A DNA stretch of 64,000 bases from Octopus vulgaris (GCA_951406725.2 OX597822.1:107632001-107696000); one strand, 5' to 3'. Counted from the first letter of the stretch, positions 1-13,766 are shown. The notes: a model not told the origin generated them from the sequence alone. Numbers and translations are program-made.

Positions 1-719
1 CTGGTAATGGGATATAGAGGTTTCATTAATAAGAGCTATTTATCATAAAACTGCATGTTGTTCCCAAAGATATAAACTGCTTATTATATTAGATTAAACG
101 GCCTAAAGACATAATTGCTTGATTAAAAAAGCCTTTCCCAATAATAATTTTATGCAGAGATAGTAATCATATCAAAAATCCTGATTTCGTACCAAGCTGA
201 TGGCGCTTTCTCCGCCGTTGGCCACCAACTAAACTTTATTTCTGTTACTTATTATGGAAGAATAAATCTGAGATTTGATACTTTTTAATATATTGCCAGG
301 ATGATAATTCCATCATGTTATAGTGAAAACTATGTGTGCAGTTTCCCTCTTAACGTCATGAGTAATATGCGCAAAAACAAACAAAAGGGAACGCGGTGTA
401 AATAACGGACAAAGTCAAAACTATTGAAGAGGTTCCAAGACGCAACAAAAATTTTAGAAAAATAAAAATAAGAAAAAGTGGAAATTTTACCGGTGAGTGT
501 GTTACATTATAAGGCACAAAAAGAAAATGACTCTCCCCAGACATAACATAATATGCAATACTTTAACTTGCTCATATTTCCAACTGTTAACAGATTTTCT
601 GTCTGTGTGGCTCTCTTAAGATATCTGTAGCATTCAGAACAGCAATAATCTTTTCTACTATATGTACATGAACTAATATTTTGGAAGAGGACGCAAGTCG
701 ATTATATCAACCCTAGTAG

Positions 720-951
720 TACCTATTTCTTTATTACCCACAGGGGGCTAAACATAGAGGGGACAAACAAGGACAAACATAAGTATTAAGTCGATTACAT
801 CGACAGCAGTGCGTAACTGGTACATCATTTATCGACCCAGAAGGGATGAAAGGCACAGTCGACCTCGGCGGAATTTGAACTCATACCGTAAAGACAGACG
901 AAATACCGCTAAGCATTTCACCCGGCGTGCTAACGTTTCTGCCAGCTCGCC
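720..951 (-). mobile_element. SINE family N (tRNA-like head, Deu/Nin-like core) nested in an older relative (about 646-1095)
   Basis: GGCGAGCTGGCAGAAACGTTAG head, GAGTTCAAATTCC B-box, GCCTTTCATCCyTTC.GGGTCGATAAA core. TSD CCTAGTAGTACCTATT at 712-727 and 950-965. Confidence 0.85.
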
Positions 952-1187
952 TAGTAGTACCTATTACATCGAACCCCAAAGTTTGAAAGGCAAAGTGAAC
1001 GTCGGTTGACTTTTCCAGTCTGAACGCAAAGACGGGCGAAATGACGCGGTAGACTTTGCGCGGCGTGCTAACGATTCCGCCAGGTTGCTGCTTTAAAGTA
1101 CCACTAATAATGGTTACAAATTTTAGAAGTGGACCTCCAGTTCTAGAGGGGAGGGAAGTCGATTACTTCGACTCCAGTACTTGATAG

Positions 1188-1432
1188 TAGAAGCGCGTGG
1201 CTTAGTGGCCAGGGTGTTGGACTCATGATCATAAGATTGTGGTTTCGATTCCTGGACCGGGCGACACGTTGTGTTCCTGAGCAAAACACTTCATTTTCCG
1301 ATGCTCGAGTCCACTCATCTGGCAAACATGAGTAATCCTGTGACGGACAGAATCGTATCTGTGGGGATTATATACACCATGAAACTGAGAAACCGGTCCT
1401 TATGAGTCAGTATGACTCCAGAAGGTAATTAT
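1188..1432 (+). mobile_element. SINE family M (tRNA head, Meta/CORE-like centre), nested in an old family-N copy
   Basis: GCGCGTGGCTTAGTGG..GGTTTCGATTCC..GAGCAAAACACTTCATTT..GTCCACTCA. Family-N remnants on both sides (1100-1187, 1436-1550). Confidence 0.75.
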
Positions 1433-1833
1433 ACTTGTACTTCATTGTCAATATTCTTATCGACACCGGGAAATTGTAAGGTAAAGTCAAATTCGATGGA
1501 ATTTGAACTTAGAATTTGAAGACTGACGAAATGCCAGCTTGTCGACTTAAATTAACAAAAGTAATTAAACAAGAAGAAACGTATCAATGGCAAAACATGT
1601 ACAAAGCAAACAATCAATTTTTTTAAAAATGTAAAATGCAAGCAATAAATTATCACAAGTGTGAATTTACTCTTGTCTAGTGAGAAAACAGACCCTGTTT
1701 GCCATTACTTTTCCGCCTAGAAAAAAAAACAAAAAAACAACTAAATCTTCATTAGCTCTACAGTGGAGAGAAAAATGACAGATATGGTTCATAGCGGGAA
1801 CTCTTCTTTATCAGAACGGATCTCGGTCAAAGT

Positions 1834-2045
1834 CAAGAAGAAGAAGGAGGTGGAGGAGAAGAAGAAGAAGAAGAAGAAGGAGGAGGAGGAGGAGGAGGAG
1901 AAGGAGGAGGGGAAGAAGACGAAGAAGTGGAAGAAAAAGAAGGAGAAGAAGGAAAAGGAGAAGGAGAAGGAAAAGGAGAAGGAGAAGGAGAAGAAGAAGA
2001 AGAAGAAGAAGAAGAACAACAACAACAACAACAACTAAGAGAAGA
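1834..2045. repeat. (GAA)/(GAG)/(CAA) purine-rich microsatellite
   Basis: Directly visible. Confidence 0.95.
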
Positions 2046-2906
2046 ACTGTACATTATTTTCCTACAGTTTCACATGTAATGATTTCTAATCTAGAAGGCA
2101 GTAACCAATAAGGTTTAGACAGAAAAATTTAAGACATTCACGAATTTGAAAGAGAAAATTTGTGAGTTTTCTAAGATGATAGCAATTTCATCATTTTAGT
2201 GTCGCTCATAAAGTTGCTTCCTGTTGAGAATCGAAACAGGGTTCAGGATTCATGTGATGGAAACTTTACGCGGTAACAAATTAAAACGTTTAGTACTACC
2301 TCGTGTTTCCATGGTTATGTATTTTGTTAGGCACATGTGATAATGGAAAATATGATTTCTGCAGATTATTGACTCTGGTTGTCGAGTATTCTTGTTGCAT
2401 AAACTTGTCGATGATCTGATTGTGTAGATCTAGGATTAAAGACATTCCAGCAATCCGGCAATGATAATCTCATCGACAATCTACATCTTCTACTCTATTA
2501 TTCATTGTGATACCAATATCACTACAATTAGCACCGCAAGAATTCCCGGCATCATCTGCAATACTACATCCAATACCAACACAAATAGCCACTGTACCAT
2601 CACCACTTACACCAGCAGCAATACCACCACACTCACAACCAATGATGCCAATGTTATCACTACCGCTAGTTCCTGTATCATTGTGAACACCTCCGCTACC
2701 ATGTACATCAACAAAGTCGCTAACAACACACCACCACCACTACAGCCACCACCACCGCCACCACTACCGTCACCAGCACCAACACCACCACCACCACCGC
2801 CGCCGCCACCACCACCATCACTACTATAACTACCACGACCACCATCATCATTGCTAACACGAAGGCCGTCATCACCACCACCAGGACCAACAACAACAAC
2901 AACAAG

Positions 2907-3228
2907 TGGAGGCGCAATGGCCCAATGGTTAGGGCAGCTGACTCGTGGTTTCGATTCCCAGACCGGGCGTTGTGTGTGTTTATTGAGCGAAAACACCTAA
3001 AGCTCCACGAGGTTCCCTGTTGTACTCTTTCGCTCCAAATTTCTCTCACTCTTTGTTCCTGTTTCTTGTCCCCGACTTCCTACGCAACCGCTGAGCCTGG
3101 ATGCGCATTCATCCATCCGTCGATGCTCTCGGTGTCGGGGGTTGACCTGCTCTCTCTTCTGAGGGCCTTACGAATAGCAAAGGACCACGTTTCGGACCTC
3201 TCCCACTGGGACGAAGACCGCTAGGTTC
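2907..3228 (+). mobile_element. SINE family G (tRNA-like head), tail type Z, inserted in a CAA/CAG tract
   Basis: GGAGGCGCAATGGCCCAATGGTTAGG A-box and GGTTTCGATTCCC B-box. Body shared with 35994-36381 up to CCTGTTTCT. Confidence 0.8.
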
Positions 3229-3774
3229 AACAGCAGCAGCAACAGCAACAGAAGCAACAGCAGCAACACCATCACACTCACAACCATTGACGTCAATGTC
3301 ATCACTAACACTAGTTCCCGCACCATTGCGAACACCTCCGCTATCATGTACATCAACAACATCGCTAACACACCAACACCACACCAGCCACCAAACCCAC
3401 CACCACCACCACCACCACCACCACTACTACCACTACCACCACCACTATAACCACCACGACGATTACCACCACCACCACCAACAACAACAATAACAACAGC
3501 AAATCTACCACAACTTCTTACACCAGCGCCACCAGTACCACCAATGTTTCCATTAACACCACCACCTCCATCAGCGACGCTACCAACACCTTCAGTACAA
3601 AAGTTACGAACACAAAGACCAACAACATCACTATCACTGATAGCAACGCCCCATCAACGCCACTACCCGCATCACTACTACCACCACAACCACCACCACC
3701 ACCACCAGTAGGAACTTCACTTGCAGCATCAACACTCATGCCGACACCAGTACCACACATCAATACAAAATATA

Positions 3775-4007
3775 TATTTCTTTATTGCCCACAAGGGGCT
3801 AAACACAGAGAGGACAGACAAGGACAGACAAACGGATTAAGTCGATTATATTGACCCCAGTGCGTAACTGGTACTTAATTTATCGAACCCGAAATGATGA
3901 ATGGCAAAGTCGACCTCGACGGAATTTGAACTCAGAACGTAACGGCAGACGATATACGACTACGCATTTCACCCGGCGTGCTAACGTTTCTGCCAGCTCG
4001 CCGCCTT
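3775..4007 (-). mobile_element. SINE family N
   Basis: Full-length homology to 720-951, 12415-12651 and 41631-41868. Confidence 0.85.
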
Positions 4008-4447
4008 TCGCATATCAACACAAATACCACCGATACTATCACCAATACCATAATTCCTATCACTAAGCACAGATAACAGAAGTGCCGACGTCAATTACCT
4101 CATCACCACCGCTGCTGCCTCCATCACCACGACCACCGCCACCGACAGCATCCAATAAGACCAACACTAGGACAACCACAGTCGTTGTTGCAGCTAAAAA
4201 TAAATTGAAAAGAACAAAAGAAGAGTGGAGACTTCTTCACGGAATTGACAATTTTGACTTTTCATTTACATAACTTCACTGGACATATTTATCAGAGAGT
4301 AAAAATAATGAAAGACACAGGCAGACATATTGACAACGCTTTTACTCTCGCTTGGATTCGCTTTCTATGACGAAGAAGGAGAGATATCGTTCTACAGCTA
4401 CCTACTTCCAAACATTCGCCGAGAGGAGCGAATATGCACACACACAC

Positions 4448-4488
<41 letters not shown>

Positions 4489-4543
4489 TACACGCACATA
4501 CATATGTATACATATGTATATATACATATATATGTGTGTGTGT

Positions 4544-4585
<42 letters not shown>

Positions 4586-5151
4586 GTATGTATGTATGTA
4601 TGTATACACACCGACTTTAACATGTTTTTTTATGTGCAAAAATACAAAAATATCGTAAATATTGTAAGTTATCGAATTGAGAAAATGTTTAATGTAGATG
4701 TAAAATATAGCACGCCCACGTGTCCCTCCATCTGGAGTCAGAAGATGCAGTCACAGAAAAAAGTAAAAAAGAAACCCCTTTAAGTCGTATATTTTAGAAT
4801 AATCTCATCACAGTCGTTTAAAAGATACCACGAAGAAGCTACCATGAAAAAATATATTTTATAGCTAATAACTAAATATATAGAGGCGTTTTTTTTTTTC
4901 TTCACTTTTTCCATTTAACGATGCATTTCTGGAGACAGAAGTAATTGTCGAGGTGTTCAAAGATTTTACACCGGTTTTGAAGTTCATTCACAACGTTTCT
5001 GCCCTACACCATCACGAAATTGAAAATTGTGAAAAAACACTCCACCTTAATGCGCATATATTATTTATATCTTTGCGTACACGCATACATATACACTATT
5101 CTTCATATGAATGTCACATACTTTTCGAATATACACACGTGTACACACATA

Positions 5152-5205
<54 letters not shown>

Positions 5206-5210
5206 TATAT

Positions 5211-5321
5211 GAACGACGAATTAACAAAAATTCCTTTATTTTCGACATATGTTTCGAAGGCAGCATATGAAGCCTTCGAAACATATGTCGAAAATAAAGG
5301 AATTTTGTTAATTCGTCGTTC
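5211..5321. repeat. 111-bp fold-back palindrome containing hammerhead 3' halves
   Basis: Arms of about 50 bp differing by one A/T-run indel, around the loop AGCATATGAA. Each strand reads GAAGGC-loop-GCCTTC-GAAAC-ATAT-GTC-GAAAA. Confidence 0.9.
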
Positions 5322-5482
5322 AACTCCATTCTTTCATATATTTATATTTAAAAAAAAAACATACAAATTTCCACACGAAAGCACGTAACTTCAAACGTGT
5401 CTTCTCTGATGTGAATTTGCTACCCAGGTATCGGTTAACCGAATTATCCATAACAAGATAATTCATTCAACTACTCAAATAG

Positions 5483-5540
<58 letters not shown>

Positions 5541-5644
5541 CGCCTAAATACTCGCAAACATATACACAGACTTGCATTAATGCATACTCATGCACCCGCG
5601 GGCACGCATAAAAAAATTAATAATGAAGTGATATGTAAATATCT

Positions 5645-5930
5645 TTTATCTTATATCTGTTGCAGTCATTAGACTGTGGCCATGCTGCAGCACCACCTTG
5701 GAGAATATTTAGTCGAACGACTCTACCCCAGTACTTATGGTTTTGCTAGCCTGGTACTTATTCTGTCGATCTCACTCTCCCGAAACGCTACGTTACAGAG
5801 ACAAACAAATCAACACCGTTGTCAAGCGGTGGTGGAGGACAAACAGACATGAGCACACAGACGCACGCACACACAAAAACATACACACTCGCACACACAG
5901 TGTTTTTTTTTTCAGTTTCCGTTCTATTTG
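5645..5930 (-). mobile_element. SINE family B, older partial copy
   Basis: CAGTCATTAGACTGTGGCCATGCT..GTTGTCAAGCG..TTCAGTTTCCGT blocks. Confidence 0.7.
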
Positions 5931-6339
5931 TGTGTGTGCGTGCGTTTCTACGTATGTGAGCGCATGTCCGTGCACACCTGCTTGCGTGCGTATGTATGTT
6001 AGAGCGTGAGTGGACGTCTTTGTGTGTGTGTGTGTGTGTGTGTGTACGTGTGTGCGTATTTGTGCGCGTGTGTTGCGTTGGTCAGGGTGGTGTGTGTGTG
6101 TGCATGCGGGTATGTGTATGTGCATGTCTGTGTATGCGTGTGTCTTTTTACTTTGATTTTTTTTTATTTTCCGCTCTGATGAAGTTCCGCTATTGGTATA
6201 AATAATTACAATAATAGCAAATTATTATTATCGTGGTGGTTAGTCCTGGTATTCGAGCCAACAGAAACAGCTCTAAGATGAGATTCACCCTTTTTGTAAT
6301 GAATTAATAAATTATAATTGGTGTAAATATATATATATA

Positions 6340-6396
<57 letters not shown>

Positions 6397-6399
<3 letters not shown>

Positions 6400-6608
6400 A
6401 AGGGAAAGTTTACGAAAATAAACAAAAGACGAAGGCAGGTGGAGTACAAACAAACAAATGTATTAGTATAGCGCTCAGCAATAGAAAAGGTCTTTTACGT
6501 TTCGAGCCTACGCTCTTCGACAGAAAGGAACACAGAAAAGAAACACGGAGAGAAACAAGGAGAGAAAAAAATGCGTGTAGGAGCTAACGATCTATCATGG
6601 CGTCGTGA

Positions 6609-6610
<2 letters not shown>
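6397..6610 (-). mobile_element. hammerhead-bearing PLE pLTR-like cassette, subfamily A copy 1, in (TA)n
   Basis: Minus 6527-6492: CUUU-CUGUCGA-A-GAGC(GUAG)GCUC-GAA-ACGU-A-AAAG. Homologous to 22431-22645. Confidence 0.7.
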
Positions 6611-6657
<47 letters not shown>

Positions 6658-6914
6658 ATGTGTGTGTATGTGTGTGTGTGTGTGCGTGTGTGTGTGTATA
6701 ATATAAATAATATGTAAATATATGCATATATACATACATATATGTACATACCTAGAAACTATATCGACTGATCTTCTTTATGACCTGATCTCATTGTGAT
6801 ATAAATGTGGGAGTGTGTGTCGTACTATTTATTTCTTCATGTGAAGCTCATTCTTCCATGAGTCTGCGGAGAGCGCCTCTTACTTTATCTAAGTCCATCT
6901 TGTTATTAGTCGGA

Positions 6915-7288
6915 TTATTACCTCCGCCTTAGCGAAGGCGGAGATATAGTTTTCTGTCGTGTTTCTTTGTTCGTTTGTCCGTGGCCAAGATATTTCAAGA
7001 GCCGCTGGATAGACTCGGGTGAAACTTTCAGGGAGCTTTGACCTCGTGACTTGCACAAACCGATTGAATTTTGGAATTGATTCGGTGCACATTGAGAATT
7101 CTGGAATATTTTACCTGTTTTTTACTTAATTTTTTGAGAGCGGTCGGGTTTATTTTTAGTATTCTCCGTTGTGAGAGCAGTCGAATTTATTTCAGATATT
7201 CTCATTTTAGAAATCACCTCTGGCTAATCGTTGGAAGGACGCTGGTGTTGCCTTGGTGGAGGTTTGTGCTATCTCAGTGCTCTTGTTG
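6915..7288 (+). mobile_element. Helentron-associated non-autonomous element (HINE/DINE-1-like)
   Basis: T-rich start, 5' sub-TIR ACCTCCGCC within the palindrome CTCCGCCTT-AGCG-AAGGCGGAG, then a GTTT/GTCC microsatellite-like run. 3' sub-TIR GGTGGAGGT followed by a degenerate terminal hairpin and TT. Confidence 0.7.
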
Positions 7289-7317
7289 TTGTTTTTCCTC
7301 CTCCTCCTCCTCCTCCT

Positions 7318-7397
7318 CTTCTTCCACTTCTTCTTCTTCTTCCTCTTCTTCTTCTTCTTCCTTCTTCTTCTTCTTCTTCTTCTTCTTCTTCTTCTTC

Positions 7398-7428
<31 letters not shown>

Positions 7429-7460
7429 AAGAAGAAGAAGAAGAAGAAGAAGAAGAAGAA
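7318..7460. repeat. (CTT)n immediately followed by (GAA)n, inverted trinucleotide tracts
   Basis: Junction CTTCTTCT-AA-GAAGAAG at 7398-7400. Confidence 0.95.
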
Positions 7461-7497
7461 ATGTCTGCCTTATCTGAACTTTTTCCATTGTATCCAC

Positions 7498-7529
<32 letters not shown>

Positions 7530-10500
7530 GTGTGTCTGGGTGTTTATATACATGTGGTGTGTATATGTATATATAGTCTTACATTTCTGTACCTATCTAT
7601 GTACGCTCTGTTATATATAGGTTTCATGTTTCATATTTAATTTTTTAAAAACATAAATTTAATGTACAAACACACGTACATATGCACATATACACATACA
7701 TACATGCATACATACATACATACAATATCATGACTGCACCATACTGTTTCTGAACTATACTGCAAACATGCAATTCTGTGGTGGGCAAGATAACATTGCT
7801 TGCTGAGCAGGTAGCCAGTCTAACACAGGATTACCTATTTACAGGTGAGTCAACTGAAGTTATGTGAATTTAAATGTTTTGCAAAACGATCGAAGCTGTG
7901 ATCTTCCGATCGCATATGTAACCCCATAACTACTACACCAAGCACTTCCATACATAGATACATACATACACATATATACATATACATACATGCATATATA
8001 TATACATACGCTGGTTGCTAGTCCGCAAAAGGAATTTCAGGATTGCTTCCCACAATAGAAACTATGCTGGATAAAATGTGTCTTCAAAATGGAGCTATTT
8101 CGGTGGAGGAGATTAAATGTCAATTTGACGTGTGGTGTAGATTTGTTTCTGTAGCACCATTCCCTGTTGCTCTATAGCCTTTAAGCAGACTTCGCATACA
8201 CACACACACATACACACACACACACATAATGAATGTATATATATATATATGCACATATAGCAATAGAGGGAGTGGTGTTTCCACGCAGGAAAAAATATAA
8301 AGGAAAATGTGCTGCTGAATATATATGCACACACACACACATACACACACACACACACACACACATACACACACACATACACACACACATACACACATAC
8401 ATATATACTTTTACACATATGTATGATGTATGCTGAAACTTACTCTACAGTATATGTATAAGCAAGGTAGGCAAAAGCGTGTGAAATAATTGCTTGTGAG
8501 ATTATATTTGGGAATATACTTATGAATGCTATTATGTATGGTTTCTTATACGTGGACGTAGTATCCTGAGAATTCTGTGTAGGTGGATGATAAAAGATGC
8601 CTTATCATTCGTTCGTTGGCGTCTAATTCAGTTTCTAATTGACAGAGGCCAATTTCTTGCTTGGAAGCGCATTCCAGCAAGAAGTTTACAGAAGCCAATC
8701 TAGTTAACAAATCATGTCCGACTCTGCAAAATGCCAAGTACCAATTGTCACTTGACATTTCATCTGTCCACTTCAGTGTAATTTACTTCAACTTCGTGAA
8801 TATAAAGAAGTAAAATAAAATAAATAAAACTTCTTATTTCAAGTCCTAACAATTTATTTACAATTCTTGTTTTAGTTCGAGATTTTTCTTTTTTTTTTCT
8901 TTTTTTTTCTTCACTTTTTGCTTTCACGCGAATGTCTGTTATTTTAATTTACTTTATTTCCTCTTGTTGTTTCAACACCGTTGAGGAGATTAAATTTCTG
9001 ACTACTCGCAAAATCATAAAGCTGTTTCGGAAATAAATTGTTGATTAGTTGAAGAGATTTGTCAGGTTAGTTGAATACAACTGGAAGCAACTGTTACTAG
9101 CCGTGAATATTATAAACTACACTGGATTTTCTTTTGTTGAAAGTATCAACTGATTGTTAAAATGAGACGAATATATCTTACTTTATCTTACATTCATACT
9201 GCATATTCTTTCAGATAACTACCTGACAAACCTTCTAGCAACTTAACACTATAATCTTATTGATAACATTTGACAGGTAAAGTTGAGGTTATCAGCTCTC
9301 TTTAAATACGCTAGGGCATATGTCTTTTGTTACTGACTTATATTGAATGAAGATCAGTATTCAATGGATACTATTTACAATATTTAGAAAAGCGGTTACA
9401 TTCGAAGGAAAGACTTAATAAATACGTTGGAACTGAATGTTAAACAGAAGATAAAATTCTGTATTCTTTTTCATTATTTCTTAAATCTGCACATATTTCA
9501 AAGCAAAATTTCCATGAGAAATGTAAAATTTTAACTTACTAAATATGAATCCAAAGCTAGATTTCTTTCCTCTGCATAAGTAAGACCAATCAGGAATAAA
9601 GAGTCGAAAGCCATACACAGTTAGGAATAATGACAAGCTATGTCTTCGTAATTTGATGTATCTTTCTGTCGTTTAAAACAACCAGAATAACAGTATCGCA
9701 AAACGTTTAAGGTATTTCACATTTTCAAAACTGTTTACTTATGTGATCAATACCGGTTTGTTTCTAAAATCTGTTCAATGTTTTCGGATTGTGCTGCACA
9801 TTTAGAGTTGAGATAAAAAAAAAAAATGTCTGATGTTATATCATAAAAAGTAAACGAGCTTGCCTGTTTTTATATCCCGTACTTTGTTCCATATATTAAT
9901 ATTTGAAATTCATTAATTTCCTCTTCATTATTATAATTGACTCACTCCATTACTTTGGTCAAGAGAGTTATTATGCAGTAATCCAAGTGTTTGAAGAGCC
10001 AACAGAAGCTAGACGGAACATGATATACCATTAATTTCTCATCAGAGAATTCGCATAAATACACAAACGCACACACTCGCTTACAGAGTGGGACACAGAT
10101 GTGTGTGTAGAGAGAGAGAGAAACAGAGGGAGAGAAACAGAGAAAAACAGAGAGACAGTGAGATAGCAACAACTACAAGATTATGTCTTATGATGTTTAT
10201 ATTAACTCATAAATAAACTTATATATAACAAAGTGTCTGTATGTACAAAAATATATATTACGTGGGTATATACGCACAGTTACAAACATAAACGCACACA
10301 CACACTCTCATCAAAACGTGTACGTAAGGTCGAGCATGTGAGTATAGTTTTATTGTGTTTACACACAAAATACCTCACACATATTCATACATTTACAAGA
10401 TCGTATTTGTGTACACAGTCAGAAATATTATGTATGCATTCGCATAGACACAGTTACGCACACATATATAGAGAGAGACCTGTATATATGAACTCGTACG

Positions 10501-10546
10501 TAAGAAAACTGTTAGGTATTTTTTTTACATAATCATCCATATATAT

Positions 10547-10686
<140 letters not shown>

Positions 10687-10836
10687 CATATACATATGTA
10701 CGTGTATATTTGTATGTGTGTATTTTTATTTCTGATTCGACTAAAGGTACTCATAGAATGTGGCAGAATGTGACGGCACCTCTGCATGACCGCTGGATAA
10801 TGGCTGGAATGGTATATTATATATGTAAATGGCAAT

Positions 10837-10901
<65 letters not shown>

Positions 10902-10986
10902 ATATGTCCTTACCATTCTGTCTTTGAAGCTCTCCTGTCTTTAAAAAACATTATTCTTCCACCTTACAACTTCCGACCTTTCAATA

Positions 10987-11182
10987 TGTGACCTCGTGAG
11001 TACCGCGAGCGATTTTTTCCCCCTGTCTTCCCTTCTCTGGATCTTTCCTTCTCCTATGTTTCCGACGAAGAGCTCCGCTCGAAACGTTACACCCTCCTTC
11101 TTCCCTGAGCATCCAATAATACTGTATTTGTTCCACGTCCTCGCGTTGCTGTGTTTTTTTGTGTTTTCTTTTTGGATTAACT
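10987..11182 (+). mobile_element. hammerhead-bearing cassette, subfamily B copy 1
   Basis: 11058-11092: GUUU-CCGACGA-A-GAGC(UCC)GCUC-GAA-ACGU-U-ACAC. Ends GGATTAAC(TA)n. Confidence 0.7.
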
Positions 11183-11233
11183 ATATATATATATATGTAC
11201 ATATATTTATATATAACTGTCTCTCAATATAAC

Positions 11234-11272
<39 letters not shown>

Positions 11273-11311
11273 GGAAATCTAATAACTGGAACAGAGTTCG
11301 TCCTCATGCAT

Positions 11312-11397
11312 CTCTACGAGCGTTTCAAAGGATGTTGCCTCACTTCGTCGATGTAAAATCCATAAAGGAAGTTCAAAGGCAATGACCTTTTCCTGAG
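11312..11397 (-). ncRNA. degenerate long-helix-II hammerhead motif in a TA-bounded cassette (11270-11520)
   Basis: CUC-AGGA-AAAGG..UUGCCU..ACUUC..GAAGU..AGGCAA..CCUUU-GAA-AC(GCUC)GU-A-GAG. The CUGANGA box is incomplete. Confidence 0.5.
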
Positions 11398-11810
11398 TAC
11401 AAAAATTACAAAGGTGTCTCATGAAACTCCTTCCAGAATTCCTCATGGGATGTGCGTGAAGGCGGCCATCTCTCAAGCTCTTGCGTGTTGGATCAACCAC
11501 AGTGCATTACATGTGCAGTTATATATATATATATATATGACTCTGTCGGTGTATACATACATGAATACACACACACAGACACACACACACACGCTCTCAC
11601 ACACAAACACAAACATATATTTATGTATCTATGTATTAAGAAAAAGGAAGCCGTCAGAACTTTGGATGATTATTATTAAAACTTTCATCTTTTTTGTTTG
11701 CGAGACTCATCAGTGAAGAATTTTTACAGTCAATTTAGGCCTTTGTATATAAATTTGGAAGAAAATATCTTGTTATCCATATGTGCATACGTATATATAT
11801 GCGTACGTAA

Positions 11811-11876
<66 letters not shown>

Positions 11877-12414
11877 ACGTGTGTGCGTGAGGCTGTTTGT
11901 GTGTGTTTATCACACGTCTGCAGCAAGTTACAACCAGCCAAAGAGATTTAAGTGCAACAGTTATGTCAGTTCAACAACGTTTATCAATAACGTGTTTCAT
12001 TCAATGGATTGCAGACATACCGGGACACCGTCTTGAAGGGTTTACTCGAACAAATCGCTCCGATAGTATTTTGATAAGTCTGTAACAAATTCTACCGTTT
12101 GCTCTTGCCTAACTGGTAAGTCGCGAGGCCGTAAGCAACCGTATTCCGTCTGAAGAAATAACCGATGGTTGGGATATCACAAACAGGACTGCTGACATAC
12201 AGACCGATAGCCACATACGTACACACATTGGCGCACACACACATACACACACATACACACACACACCGACACGCTTAAATACGACGAGGTTAATTTATTT
12301 TCAGTCTACCACGCTTTGGTCACACCGAGTTTATTGCACGGAAAACTTGCGCATTGTACCACGCAGTGGCAACTGACCCCGATCCATGTGGTTCTGAAGG
12401 AAATATATTTACTG

Positions 12415-12651
12415 TACCTATTTCTTTATTACCCACAAGGGGCTAAACATAGAGGGGACAAACAAGGACAGTCATAGGTATTAAGTCGATTACATCGACA
12501 TCAGTGCGGAACTGGTACTTAATTTATCGACCCCGAAAGGATGAAAGACAAAGTCGACCTCGGCGGAATTTGAACTCAGAACGTAACGACAGACGAAATA
12601 CGGCTACGCATTTCATCCGGCGTGCTAACGTTTCTGCCAGCTCGCCGCCTT
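12415..12651 (-). mobile_element. SINE family N
   Basis: Full-length copy with TSD ATATATTTACTG on both sides. Confidence 0.85.
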
Positions 12652-13012
12652 ATATATATTTACTGAACCTTCCAGAAACTGTCTTTTGAAACGAAACCGC
12701 ACCGATTATTTGAGCTGTGTTTGCATGCGCCGAAAAACGACACACTGAGTATATAAACTTCAGCTTTGATATTTAATATTTAACTTTCAGTTTGTCTGCA
12801 TTAAATATCAGAGTTAAAACTTCAACAAAACGTACTCGTAGAACATTCATGTAAAATAAGACCGTTGACTGAAGAGAGAAATCGATCACATGTATAAAAA
12901 GAAATCGATATATCAATAAATAATTCTCACTTGTTCTCTCACCTCTGACAATTTATTTTGTCGCTTTCCTTTCCAGATATATATATGTATGTATGTATAG
13001 AAATATATATAT

Positions 13013-13103
<91 letters not shown>

Positions 13104-13165
13104 GTGTATGTGTGTGCGCATGAATATATATATGTGCGTATATGGATATACACAGATATATAGAC

Positions 13166-13235
<70 letters not shown>

Positions 13236-13324
13236 GCATGTATATATGTATGCATATTATATATTCATAAATATATATATATATATACATATATATACAT
13301 GTGCATACCTTTATATATGTATAT

Positions 13325-13361
<37 letters not shown>

Positions 13362-13766
13362 GTATATAGGTATATCTATATCATTCTATATATATGTATA
13401 TATATATATATATGTATATATATATACGTGTGTACATGTATATCCCTTGCACAGTTTGTTAGTTCACTTTTACAAGTTTCAATCACAATTTCAGCCGTTT
13501 GATTCTCTGTTGGATCACTGGTTATCGATTCAAACATTGGAAAGTGTAAGGGCGCACACTCGCATGCGCACACACTCGTATATACTAAGACACGCGCTGA
13601 AACACACATACTACACTTTCATTTGATTTATGCAAAATGATTTACATAATATAAACACACCCACACATATATATATCTACATCCATGTTGAATACGCATA
13701 TATACATGTGTTAGCGTGTCTGTGTGTGAAGGTACGCATTGTGTATGTATGTATTGTGCACAGTAT

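Larger units (their letters stand above)
2500..4180. repeat. degenerate (CAC)/(CAA) low-complexity region with an internal duplication of about 125 bp
   Basis: 2613-2740 is repeated at 3253-3385. The region is interrupted by two SINEs. Confidence 0.8.

Noticed and set aside
3150-3225. GGTCC-GAAAC-GTG-GTC on the minus strand of SINE tail Z
   Set aside because: No correctly placed CUGANGA in any hammerhead topology.
2461-4273. Pro/His/Thr-rich mucin-like gene
   Set aside because: Degenerate CAC/CAA repeat with stops in all frames, interrupted by SINEs.
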